DNA from: a virus
Reading direction: 5' to 3' (one strand)
DNA length: 64,000 nt
IMG/VR virus record: IMGVR_UViG_3300027836_000009
Location: 1-64,000 of that record
Under the pieces are notes generated by a model. The model was not told where the DNA came from. It ran no database searches and saw only the letters and a list, made by a program, of their open reading frames with translations. Made by a program: the position numbers and the translations under genes. How positions within the stretch are numbered: the stretch's first letter is position 1; each line of letters begins with the position of its first letter. Below are positions 8,933 through 18,300 of this stretch, in pieces.

Positions 8933-9767
8933 CGAAGAAGTTTATCGTTTATTAAATAAAATCAATGAGGAAGGTTCTGAATCAGCTCCTCGCGGTTTAA
9001 AGGTTAGGGAATTGCATATGCATACATTAAAGTTATCTCCTAGCTTCCCTTTAATGGATTTTGAGGATCGCCCTTTTAACTTTAAATACTTTATGGGTGA
9101 AATGGCCTGGTATTTATTAAAAGACAGTAACATATCTTACATTAACAATTTCTCATCTTTCTGGAATCGCATTGCAGATCACGCAGGTAACGTTAATTCA
9201 AACTACGGTAAGTTATTATTTGGTGACCAACTTCAATGGGTTCTTGATACATTAAAAGCTGATATTAATTCAAGACAAGCAATTGCTTTTGTGAATCAAC
9301 CTAAATTCCAATATGAAGGAAATAAGGATTTTGTTTGCACAATGTATCTTAACTTTTGGGTTCGTGATAATAAACTAAACATGAAAGTTCAAATGAGATC
9401 TAACGATATCTTTTATGGTTTATCTTATGACGCACCTTTCTTTGCTTTCATTCAACAATCAGTATGGCACTGGTTAAGAAAAACATATCCTGAATTAGAA
9501 TTAGGTATGTATTATCACTCTGCGGATAACATTCACTATTATGAAAGACATTTTAATGTCGCAGAAAGCATTCAATCTACACAACCTAAAAATCCATTAT
9601 TCTTTCAACTTCGCGATCCTCTGTTCTTAATATCAAGCGGAACAATGCTGCCAACAACTGCAGGTATTAAATTTATACAAGATGTTCAAGAATTGATAAA
9701 TTCTGGTGAAACAATTACTCAAGAAGTATCTCGAGAAATATTAACTAAATACTTTTTTATTCAATAA
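8919..9767 (+). CDS. Thymidylate synthase family protein, probable dCMP hydroxymethylase-like enzyme
   Basis: SRQA, catalytic FVCT, MRSNDIFYGLSYD, NIHYYERH; likely start is ATG 8919 overlapping the kinase stop. Confidence 0.85.
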   Translation: MQSANEEVYRLLNKINEEGSESAPRGLKVRELHMHTLKLSPSFPLMDFEDRPFNFKYFMGEMAWYLLKDSNISYINNFSSFWNRIADHAGNVNSNYGKLLFGDQLQWVLDTLKADINSRQAIAFVNQPKFQYEGNKDFVCTMYLNFWVRDNKLNMKVQMRSNDIFYGLSYDAPFFAFIQQSVWHWLRKTYPELELGMYYHSADNIHYYERHFNVAESIQSTQPKNPLFFQLRDPLFLISSGTMLPTTAGIKFIQDVQELINSGETITQEVSREILTKYFFIQ

Positions 9768-9769
9768 TC

Positions 9770-10207
9770 ATGGAAAAAGAATTAACTACTAAAACGATTA
9801 AAATTGCAAGAACAAGAACTGGTGTACCTTGCTTATGGGAAAGCTTAATGAGTTTTGCCGATCTTAAAAGATCAACTGTAATACTTGATGAAAACGGGAA
9901 AGCAAAAACTGCTGTCTTTTTAAATGCTGAAAAGGAAAAGCAAGCATTAGTTCCAATTACTGAAGGAGATTTTATTTCAAAATCTTTTGAAGATAAAAAT
10001 GGAGTTGCTCTTTCATTGTTTAAAGTTTTGGAAATTTCTCCAATGAAAAACGAAGCAGTCATTGTTCCTGTTTATCGCAAGTCATCTTTTGTTAGCGAAG
10101 ATGTATACCCATCTGAGTATAAGGAAATGATCTTAAAGACTATCGCTAAATTAAATGGCGACATCAAAGTGGTTTCTTTACCACGTGAAAAAGAATATGC
10201 TGAATAA
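9770..10207 (+). CDS. Hypothetical protein
   Basis: 145-aa ORF tightly packed in the operon. Confidence 0.7.
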   Translation: MEKELTTKTIKIARTRTGVPCLWESLMSFADLKRSTVILDENGKAKTAVFLNAEKEKQALVPITEGDFISKSFEDKNGVALSLFKVLEISPMKNEAVIVPVYRKSSFVSEDVYPSEYKEMILKTIAKLNGDIKVVSLPREKEYAE

Positions 10208-10413
10208 TGAATTTTTTCGTATTCGTTCGACTAGAATCAGTTGATGAATTTTTAGAATGGACAAAGGATCCATCGGTTGACGCTCCAGAATCATTGAAAT
10301 TAAAAGTAAGAATCTGTTTTCCAAGATTCGCAGGCTTCACAATGATCGGAGTTGATAAAGATCTCTGGTTTAACATTAGAGATAATTTTGATAATGCAGG
10401 TAAGTGCATATGA
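10207..10413 (+). CDS. Hypothetical protein
   Basis: TAATG coupling to the upstream gene. Confidence 0.55.
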   Translation: MNFFVFVRLESVDEFLEWTKDPSVDAPESLKLKVRICFPRFAGFTMIGVDKDLWFNIRDNFDNAGKCI

Positions 10414-10700
10414 AAAAGGAAGTAACAAAAAAACAAGAAAAACAATTTGACGATTACGTACATTATCTTACAAAAGATCCTGTATGTATTATGAAAAAGA
10501 AAGGATCACCGCATCGTGTAGAGTTTCATCAAGACCTACGTGATGATTGGTTCTTTTATTGTATCACTCGTTCAACTAAAAAAGCGGATATAAGTCATGC
10601 CTCAATGATTATCCGTAAAGACCTCCCAGGATGGATAACATATCATCAATCTATGGGTTGGGCAATTGATAAGGAATTAACTATAAACATAACAGAATGA
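10404..10700 (+). CDS. Hypothetical protein
   Basis: Overlapping start/stop with neighbours; start may be 10410. Confidence 0.6.
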   Translation: MHMKKEVTKKQEKQFDDYVHYLTKDPVCIMKKKGSPHRVEFHQDLRDDWFFYCITRSTKKADISHASMIIRKDLPGWITYHQSMGWAIDKELTINITE

Positions 10701-10948
10701 AACATTTAATCTTTGATTTTTTTATTGATGCTTATAACCCAGTAGCCGCAGAGCACATCAATAAATTAGTAACCGAAATTAAAGAAGCAAGACTGCCTCT
10801 TTTTATTAATAATCAAACCGATGATTTGGGTATTGAAAGATATCATCTACAAGGATCCACTGAGGTGTATATTCGTTTTTTACAGCCTGAAGGTCACGAT
10901 CCTAACCTTGAGAAGTGGCAATATTCGCTTGAACATTTTCAAGAATAG
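10697..10948 (+). CDS. Hypothetical protein
   Basis: ATGA overlap with the upstream stop. Confidence 0.6.
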   Translation: MKHLIFDFFIDAYNPVAAEHINKLVTEIKEARLPLFINNQTDDLGIERYHLQGSTEVYIRFLQPEGHDPNLEKWQYSLEHFQE

Positions 10949-10950
10949 TT

Positions 10951-11115
10951 ATGAAAGTTACAATTCCAATTGAAGCTGTGTTAAACATCTTCCCAGCTGC
11001 TTACGATTTAAAAAACATGCCTCGTAAGAAAAAGAAAAAAATGAAAAAAGAATTCACGAAAGTTTTTAATCGTGAGTTTGAGCATTGGCTCGAAAATAAC
11101 AAAGAAATACTTTAA
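10951..11115 (+). CDS. Small basic hypothetical protein (54 aa; not in the ORF track)
   Basis: MKVTIPIEAV...MPRKKKKKMKK...; fills the gap between neighbours exactly. Confidence 0.6.
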   Translation: MKVTIPIEAVLNIFPAAYDLKNMPRKKKKKMKKEFTKVFNREFEHWLENNKEIL

Positions 11116-11118
11116 GAT

Positions 11119-11742
11119 ATGGGTGTTAATGCAAAAACATTTAATGATTTAATTAACGTAATTGATAATTACGTAACCGATTCTAGAACAAAAACTTTTA
11201 TTGAATTAGGTAAGCAAGAAACTTGGGGGACTATGGACATAAGATACATAAGAGATGTTTTAGATAAATCGTTTGCGTCATACTTATCAGTTGACTTGCA
11301 TCAAGAAGAAAACATTACAGTTTTTGATTTATCTAAACATAAGCCTGATATGTTTAGCGCAGACATTTTAACAAATTTTGGAACGTCTGAACATGTTGAA
11401 TATGAAGATGGACAATATAACTGTTGGAAAAATATACATGACTGGGTTAATGTTGGTGGGATATCATTACATGACGTCCCTTTAACAGGCTATTGGAAAA
11501 ATCATTGTAGATATTTTTATACTGATGAGTTTTTTAAAGAATTTGAAAAATTTGGTTATAAGATTTTAGATTTAAGACATCAAGATTCTTGGGGTGACCC
11601 ACTTATCTGGTGTGTTTTACAAAAAACTGAACATAAAGAATTCATGAGTTTTGAAACTTTTAAAAATCTAATAACTATTGATTACGATACAAGTTCAAAC
11701 ATTATAGCTGGTCACAATAACCCAAAAAAATTATCATTTTAA
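11119..11742 (+). CDS. Class I SAM-dependent methyltransferase
   Basis: IELGKQ, SVDL, DILTNFGTSEHV, VNVGG. Confidence 0.7.
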   Translation: MGVNAKTFNDLINVIDNYVTDSRTKTFIELGKQETWGTMDIRYIRDVLDKSFASYLSVDLHQEENITVFDLSKHKPDMFSADILTNFGTSEHVEYEDGQYNCWKNIHDWVNVGGISLHDVPLTGYWKNHCRYFYTDEFFKEFEKFGYKILDLRHQDSWGDPLIWCVLQKTEHKEFMSFETFKNLITIDYDTSSNIIAGHNNPKKLSF

Positions 11743-11744
11743 TT

Positions 11745-11963
11745 ATGAAAGAATATAATCACATTAAAACAACAAAAAATACTGACGGTAGTTACGTTTT
11801 AGATATCGTTGCTACCAGATGGGAATTGCTTAAAGCAATTTTTCGTGGTGAGTTAAGAACTGAATTGTCAGCAAATGCTGCTTCTAGCTTAAGTGCTAAA
11901 CTTTATATACCAAAGAAAAAGTATTATAAGAAGTCAGAAAAGGCAATCCTAAAAGGTGAATAA
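11745..11963 (+). CDS. Hypothetical protein
   Basis: 72-aa ORF in the operon. Confidence 0.6.
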   Translation: MKEYNHIKTTKNTDGSYVLDIVATRWELLKAIFRGELRTELSANAASSLSAKLYIPKKKYYKKSEKAILKGE

Positions 11964-11981
11964 ATAATAAAATAATTTAAC

Positions 11982-13160
11982 ATGGCAGAAAATCGCATTT
12001 GCTTGAATATGATCGTGAAGAATGAGTCACGAATCATTGAGAGATGTATAAGTAGTGTTTATCATCTGATAGATACTTGGTGTATTGTTGACACCGGTTC
12101 CACGGACGGAACTCAAGAAATCATTAAAAAATTACTTAAAGATAAACCTGGTGAACTAATTGAAAAGCCTTGGGTAAACTTTGGTCATAACCGTAATGAA
12201 GCTTTAGAACTTGCTAAAGAATGGGGCGAATGGACATTGTTAACCGATGCCGATATGGTTCTTATAGATAACGGATTTAGTAAAGACCAATTAAATCCTG
12301 ATGTTTGTGGATATGATGTTGAACAAGAAAATGGCGGAACACGTTATTACAATTTCAGAATCTTAAATAGTAGTAAAGATTGGAAATGTATTGGTGTAAC
12401 ACACGAATATTATTCCCCTAAAGAAGGAATGAAACAACGTGGTGCACTTAATAGTATTTTCTTTAACGATGTTAGTGACGGTGGATCTAAAGGTGACAAA
12501 TTCACACGTGATATTGCTCTGCTTGAGCAAGGCTTAATTGATGAACCTGAAAATCATCGCTATATGTTTTATCTTGCACAATCATATCGTGATACTGGTG
12601 TATATGATAAAGCAATTGAGTGGTACACAAAATGTTCTGGATGTAGTACTTGGGATGAAGAAAAATTCTTTGCTGCTTACATGATTGGCTGGTGCATGTG
12701 TTCAATGGTTGAACGTGATGATAAATCATACACAATTCAACAAATAGCTGAAAAAAGTTTAGCAGCTTGGATGATGCGTCCTTGGAGAGTTGAACCGATA
12801 TTCCAATTAGCTATGGAATATAAGAAAAGACAAATGTGGCAACATGCGTATCAACTTTTAAAAGTTTGTGCAAGTACAGATTATCCATCGGGTGATTTAC
12901 TTTTTATTGCAGCTGCAATATATGAAGGAATATCAACTGATGAATATTCTATTGCCGCTTATTGGGCTGGTAAATATGATGATTCTTCTGCTGCGTGTCA
13001 ACAGCTTCTTGAAATGGGATATAACCCAGTTCATTCAGGTAGAATTCGTAAAAATCTTTGGTATTCTGAAAACGCAAAAGGAACGTATTCTCAAGAAAAT
13101 TTACAGAAATATCTTAAAGCTAAAAAGGAATCTGTTGAAAATACATATTTAGCTTTATGA
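11982..13160 (+). CDS. GT2 glycosyltransferase with TPR repeats
   Basis: CLNMIVKNE, VDTGSTDGT, DAD, GVTHE; TPR-like FYLAQSYRD...AIEWY. Confidence 0.9.
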   Translation: MAENRICLNMIVKNESRIIERCISSVYHLIDTWCIVDTGSTDGTQEIIKKLLKDKPGELIEKPWVNFGHNRNEALELAKEWGEWTLLTDADMVLIDNGFSKDQLNPDVCGYDVEQENGGTRYYNFRILNSSKDWKCIGVTHEYYSPKEGMKQRGALNSIFFNDVSDGGSKGDKFTRDIALLEQGLIDEPENHRYMFYLAQSYRDTGVYDKAIEWYTKCSGCSTWDEEKFFAAYMIGWCMCSMVERDDKSYTIQQIAEKSLAAWMMRPWRVEPIFQLAMEYKKRQMWQHAYQLLKVCASTDYPSGDLLFIAAAIYEGISTDEYSIAAYWAGKYDDSSAACQQLLEMGYNPVHSGRIRKNLWYSENAKGTYSQENLQKYLKAKKESVENTYLAL

Positions 13161-13315
13161 TAGAAACATTTAATTTTAAAGGACATGTATATTTTGTTTT
13201 ACCTACAATAGGGTTTTGGAAAAATGACTATAATGAATTCAAAGAAGGGCTTCATTATGGTGTACAATTTAATTGGTTTAATTGGCAAATAGGAATAATA
13301 TGGAAAAAGAAATAA
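13157..13315 (+). CDS. Small hypothetical protein (52 aa; not in the ORF track)
   Basis: ATGA overlap with the GT2 stop; MIETFNFKGHVYFVLPTIGFW... Confidence 0.5.
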   Translation: MIETFNFKGHVYFVLPTIGFWKNDYNEFKEGLHYGVQFNWFNWQIGIIWKKK

Positions 13316-14997
13316 CAAACGGCAGAGATACACTTATCATAACTGCTCTACAAGGATATGGGATTGACGATATCCGTCCTTGGGTTGAAAGTTTAAAAAA
13401 CACAGGATATACTGGTGGCGTTTTAGCATTTAAGTATGATGATAATAAAGAAGTTGAAGATTACTTAATTGAGAACAACATTTCAATTTATAAAGGAATC
13501 CCAAATGGTCTTAATCACGTAGCAACACAAAGGTTTGCTGATTACGCAATTACTTTAGGCAATGAAACGTTGGAAAGTGTTGAATACGTATTACATACAG
13601 ATATTCGTGATGTAATATTTCAAGAAGATCCCACAACATGGATGAAACGTGGATTGGAAAAACATCACATATTAGCAAGTGCTGAAGGCATAACTTACAA
13701 TCATGAAGATTGGAACGGTGATGGCTTACAAAAACATTTTGGTAAAGAAATGTTTGACGAACTTAAAAATTATGAAACACTTTGTTCTGGTGTGATTGCT
13801 GGAAGAAAAACTGCTATAGCAGATCTTTTCATTACAATTTTTGAAATGTCTTTTTATTCTGGTGCGCCAGATGGATTTAATGACCAGCACTTTCATAACA
13901 TTGCAGTTCGTAAAGTATTTTCTGGTATAACAAACATACCTCGTGCTGATGAATCTTGGACAGCAAATCTTGGAACACTTATTGCGATTCCTATGAATGA
14001 TCCTAATTGGTCTTCGTCTGCAAGAACACCTTATAATTCATATGAAAGATTCCGTAAAGGCACATTTGTTGAAAACATGCTTGTGTTATTGCCTAAAATG
14101 GTTGATGGAAAAGTTTGTAACCAACAAAATGAGCCATACGCAATTGTACATCAGTATGATCGTTATCAGCCTTGGAAAGACAAATTGTTAAATGAATTAG
14201 GAATTGCTTCAGAAAAAGTTGTTGATAACACAACTGTTATTACTGCTCTTTATGATTTAAAAAGGGAAAACTGGAAAGGTTTTAGCAGGCCATTCCAAGA
14301 ATATAAAAATTGGATGAGATCAATACTTTCTTTTGACTCTCCTATGGTTATTTACGTTGACCCTTCTGATGTTGAGTTTATTGAAGAAGTAAGAAAAGAT
14401 AGAGCTGATAAAACAAAAATCATACCACTTAAATTTTCTGAATTAGTTACAAACATTAAGTATGGAAAGGACATTATATCTGTTATGAGTACTAATGAAT
14501 TTTTGGAAAATCAAACTGTGCCTAATCACCCACAAATAAAGTACCCAGATTATAATATCTTAATGCACGAAAAAGTTCAGTTTGTTAAAAGAGCTACGGT
14601 TGAGAATCCGTTTAACACTGAAAACTTTATGTGGCTAGATGCTGGTGTTTATCATATGAATAACAGAGTTGACTTGATTAACAAAAAATTCCCTAAGTTA
14701 AACATTACAGATAATAAGATACATTTAATTTACATTAATGAGCCTAAAGAATCCGATCTTGAATTAGAAAAATTCTACAAAGGACATAATGTAAGAATTA
14801 TTGGAACATCATGGGGAGGCAATAAAGATGCTATTATTGAATTCGTTAATGAATACGAAAACTTACTTGATGAATCAATAAGTAAAAATCTTATGGACCA
14901 AGATCAGTCGTTCCTTACTGTATGCGCTTTAAGAAGACCTGATATATGCGAAGTACACAAAGGTAATTGGGAATCAGCATTAAATTTCTGGTCATAA
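13300..14997 (+). CDS. Two-domain glycosyltransferase (GT-A-like plus HtrL/WlaTC-like)
   Basis: LHTDIRDVIFQ, NDQ, IVHQYDR; second domain TVITALYDL, FMWLDAG, DQDQ; likely start ATG 13300. Confidence 0.75.
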   Translation: MEKEITNGRDTLIITALQGYGIDDIRPWVESLKNTGYTGGVLAFKYDDNKEVEDYLIENNISIYKGIPNGLNHVATQRFADYAITLGNETLESVEYVLHTDIRDVIFQEDPTTWMKRGLEKHHILASAEGITYNHEDWNGDGLQKHFGKEMFDELKNYETLCSGVIAGRKTAIADLFITIFEMSFYSGAPDGFNDQHFHNIAVRKVFSGITNIPRADESWTANLGTLIAIPMNDPNWSSSARTPYNSYERFRKGTFVENMLVLLPKMVDGKVCNQQNEPYAIVHQYDRYQPWKDKLLNELGIASEKVVDNTTVITALYDLKRENWKGFSRPFQEYKNWMRSILSFDSPMVIYVDPSDVEFIEEVRKDRADKTKIIPLKFSELVTNIKYGKDIISVMSTNEFLENQTVPNHPQIKYPDYNILMHEKVQFVKRATVENPFNTENFMWLDAGVYHMNNRVDLINKKFPKLNITDNKIHLIYINEPKESDLELEKFYKGHNVRIIGTSWGGNKDAIIEFVNEYENLLDESISKNLMDQDQSFLTVCALRRPDICEVHKGNWESALNFWS

Positions 14998-15028
14998 ATA
15001 AAGTCTTATAATTATTAAAACAAATAAA

Positions 15029-15679
15029 ATGGATAAAGAAGTAGAAAAAATTAACGAAAACTTAAGAACAGGCGTGTGGACTGATTTGTGTCAATTAATG
15101 AAAGATTATAATAGTGATAAAAGTAATATTCACAATTACACAAAAGCGTATCAAGCTTTATTTTCAGATATTAAGTTGTCAGTTGAAAATGTTTTGGAAA
15201 TAGGAATAGGCACAAACAATACTGATGTTTTGTCAAGTATGGGTCCAGGCGGGACTCCAGGTGCTTCTTTAAGAGGTTGGCGAGATTATTTTAAAAACGC
15301 TCAAATTTGGGGTTGTGATGTTGATAAAAGAATCTTATTTGAAGAAGAAAGAATAACTACCTTTTATCTTGACCAATTACAAGATGACTTAATTTCTTTC
15401 TTACCTAATGAAACAATGTTTGATGTTATCATTGACGATGGCTTACATGATCATGCTGTAAACTTTTTTGTTTTAAGAAAATTATTCAAAAGATTAAAAC
15501 CAGGAGGATATTACATAATTGAGGATTTACTAAAAGGACAACAATTAACATCCTTATTTAGCAATTGGAATCCAGAGATAATGCCTGAGTTAACAGATTA
15601 TAACTGTGTTTACTTAGATATGCCAGGCACAAGTAAGCCTGATAATGTTTTATTTGTTATAAAAAAGAATGATGAATAA
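15029..15679 (+). CDS. SAM-dependent (sugar O-)methyltransferase
   Basis: VLEIGIG, GASLRGWRDYF, FDVIIDDGLH, LKPGGYYIIED. Confidence 0.85.
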   Translation: MDKEVEKINENLRTGVWTDLCQLMKDYNSDKSNIHNYTKAYQALFSDIKLSVENVLEIGIGTNNTDVLSSMGPGGTPGASLRGWRDYFKNAQIWGCDVDKRILFEEERITTFYLDQLQDDLISFLPNETMFDVIIDDGLHDHAVNFFVLRKLFKRLKPGGYYIIEDLLKGQQLTSLFSNWNPEIMPELTDYNCVYLDMPGTSKPDNVLFVIKKNDE

Positions 15680-17093
15680 AGTTCATTGTATATCATTTAT
15701 TACGCAAGGTGAACCTTTTGACAAAGGATTACCATTAGGACATTTAAAACAAAGATTAATTAACGAATATAGTCAATGCTTTGACAAAGTAACGATTTAT
15801 ACAGTAGACGATATCCCTGAAGAATTCCGAAGAGAATATGACCCTGAGATTTTTGAAACACGGTTTAACCCAGGATACCATAATGTAGGATATGGCGCTT
15901 TTAAGCCATATCTTATATTAAAAACGATGGAAGAATCGGATTGCGATATTATTTATTGGAGAGATGGTAATATTGATAAATGCCCATATTATTTGACAGG
16001 AAAAGAATCAGCAAGAAACTTATCAATAGATATATTATACGATATAAAAACTGATATATTTGTGCCGTTTGAAAATCCTAGCTGGCTAATTGGTAACACA
16101 ACTCCTTCTAGTGTGTTTGAAAAAATATTAGGTAGCGCTGCTGATAATTACGTGCAGTACCCACAAATGAATGCTGCATTAATAATCTGTAAGAAAACTG
16201 ATTATGTAAAAAATCTGCTAGAAGAATGGCTTAGTTGGATGAAACACGATGAGTTCTTTTATAGAGAACAACCTATTAATCACCCTGGCTACAATATGAA
16301 CTGTGGTGACCAAGGAGTTTTAAATGCAATTCTTTTAAAAGAAATAAGAAATGGAAATTTACCAGAAGGCTGGCCTTTTATAGGTTATGAAGATAGACAT
16401 TTTACATTAGACAAGTTATACAAAATAGAAAATATAAAAAAAATTATGAATACTGTTACTATTAATGAACACACGTTTTTCCCTGACAAATTAAGTAAAA
16501 ATCCTGTTATTGTCGATCTTGGATGCAGTGAAGGTGGATTCTTAAGAGATTTTAAAAATCAATTTGAGTATGGCACATATATAGGTGTCGAGGCAAATCC
16601 ACTTAATTATGAAAAAATTAAAAATCTTAACGATGATAATACATTCATACTTAATACAGCAGTTTGTTCTGAACAACGCAATGACGCAACAGTATCTTTT
16701 GTTGTTGCTGTTAATGATGGATCTTTAGGTTCATTTGTGTTTGATGAAAACAGTGTATCTTTGGCAAAGCCAGGAAACACAACTGAGAGGTTTACTGTGC
16801 CTACGATAAAAATATCTGAAATTTTTGAAAAATATAACTTAGAGAAAATTGATGTATTAAAAGTTGACATTGAAGGCGCAGAATGGGAAGTATTAGAAAG
16901 TCTTGATAAAAACATATTTGACAAAATACATCAAATATCTGTAGAATTCCATGATTTTATTGACCCAACTAAAAAAGATAGAACGAAAGAAATTGTTGAA
17001 AGACTTGAGTCGTTTGGGTATAAATCAATAATCAGTGGGGCTCCGTGGTTTTATGGAACAGAACACTTTGACTGTACGTTTTATAAAGATTAA
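15669..17093 (+). CDS. Glycosyltransferase-like domain fused to an FkbM-family methyltransferase
   Basis: AFKPYLI, YWRDG, GDQGVL; C-terminal VDLGCSEG, VEANP, LKVDIEGAE, QISVEFH. Confidence 0.8.
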   Translation: MMNKVHCISFITQGEPFDKGLPLGHLKQRLINEYSQCFDKVTIYTVDDIPEEFRREYDPEIFETRFNPGYHNVGYGAFKPYLILKTMEESDCDIIYWRDGNIDKCPYYLTGKESARNLSIDILYDIKTDIFVPFENPSWLIGNTTPSSVFEKILGSAADNYVQYPQMNAALIICKKTDYVKNLLEEWLSWMKHDEFFYREQPINHPGYNMNCGDQGVLNAILLKEIRNGNLPEGWPFIGYEDRHFTLDKLYKIENIKKIMNTVTINEHTFFPDKLSKNPVIVDLGCSEGGFLRDFKNQFEYGTYIGVEANPLNYEKIKNLNDDNTFILNTAVCSEQRNDATVSFVVAVNDGSLGSFVFDENSVSLAKPGNTTERFTVPTIKISEIFEKYNLEKIDVLKVDIEGAEWEVLESLDKNIFDKIHQISVEFHDFIDPTKKDRTKEIVERLESFGYKSIISGAPWFYGTEHFDCTFYKD

Positions 17094-17115
17094 TTAAATT
17101 GTTAATAACTTTATG

Positions 17116-17144
17116 CCCATAGATTTTTATCTATGGGTTTTTTT
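17116..17144 (+). terminator. Rho-independent terminator overlapping a host-type promoter region
   Basis: CCCATAGA-N6-TCTATGGG followed by T7. Confidence 0.8.
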
Positions 17145-17178
17145 GTTTATATTTAACTATAATTAAAATTTATCAATT

Positions 17179-17427
17179 ATGGAACAACAAGTTATCTCTG
17201 TTTTATTTCAACGTGGCAAAGACACGAAGATTAAAACAATCCACCCGGTGGGTGATGAACCAATACAGGTTTTTGTAATTCGTAGCGGTTGGCGAAATGT
17301 TGAAGATGAATATCACGTCATCACAGAATACGGTGATTTTGAGCATACTGAATATCAGTACTTGACAGAATCTCAAGTTCTTAATCAATTTGGTTTATCA
17401 CCAGAAGAATTAGCACAAGACAATTAA
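17179..17427 (+). CDS. Hypothetical protein
   Basis: 82-aa ORF after a promoter-like region. Confidence 0.65.
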   Translation: MEQQVISVLFQRGKDTKIKTIHPVGDEPIQVFVIRSGWRNVEDEYHVITEYGDFEHTEYQYLTESQVLNQFGLSPEELAQDN

Positions 17428-17447
17428 TTAACTTAAAATTAGCTATT

Positions 17448-17756
17448 ATGAAAATTACAGAAAACTTAAATGAAAAAGGACAAAAACTTTTAACCATTGG
17501 AATCGTTGCCATCTCAATCGTAGGTGGAATTTTTGCACACAAGATTTATCAAAAACTAAATGATGATAAGCCTTGTAAGTCAACTATCATTTATCCTGAA
17601 ATGAAAATGGTAAAAGAAACTTCAGTTGCCGTAAACGAAAGAGGCGAATTGATGTTAATTGATAGAAAGAATGGAACCTTTCAAATATATCAAGATAGCG
17701 TAGGGCAAATCATCTTTAAGATGTACGCAAACAAAATGTATTCATTTAAAAATTAA
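17448..17756 (+). CDS. Single-pass membrane protein
   Basis: Hydrophobic LLTIGIVAISIVGGIFA. Confidence 0.7.
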   Translation: MKITENLNEKGQKLLTIGIVAISIVGGIFAHKIYQKLNDDKPCKSTIIYPEMKMVKETSVAVNERGELMLIDRKNGTFQIYQDSVGQIIFKMYANKMYSFKN

Positions 17757-17760
17757 TCAT

Positions 17761-18297
17761 ATGAAAATCAAAGTATTTAAAATCTTAACAGTTGCTGTCT
17801 TATTTTTAATCGTTGTAAGTTTCAACGCAATAAAAGATAAACCGTCACAAGAACATGTTACTCCGTTGCCAACAGCTTACACATTTGGTGTTACCGAAAA
17901 CGAACCACCATGTTTAAGAATGTATGAAGCAATTGAAAAGTTTGCTAAAATGTACGGCGTTCCTAAAAGATACGCATACGGAATTGCTAGTTCTGAAACA
18001 GGTTACCAAGGTCCGTTTCATTGGAAATATAAACAATGTCAAACTTCTTGTGTAGGTGCTTTAGGCCCAATGCAAATAATGCCAAGCACTGCTGATATGA
18101 TGTGGCCAAATAAGGACATCTCACGAACTCGCCTTAAAAACGATATAGAATTTAATGTCCATACTAGTATGAAGCTTCTAAGGCAACTACATGACAAGTA
18201 TAATGATTGGAAAATAGTATTTGGTTGCTACAATACTGGAAGACCATTAATTAACGATTACGCAATTGCAGTTTACAATCATCAACCACAATTTTAA
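17761..18297 (+). CDS. SLT-type lytic transglycosylase with N-terminal signal or anchor
   Basis: SETG catalytic Glu, GALGPMQIMPSTA, CYNTG; hydrophobic N-terminus. Confidence 0.88.
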   Translation: MKIKVFKILTVAVLFLIVVSFNAIKDKPSQEHVTPLPTAYTFGVTENEPPCLRMYEAIEKFAKMYGVPKRYAYGIASSETGYQGPFHWKYKQCQTSCVGALGPMQIMPSTADMMWPNKDISRTRLKNDIEFNVHTSMKLLRQLHDKYNDWKIVFGCYNTGRPLINDYAIAVYNHQPQF

Positions 18298-18300
18298 AAA

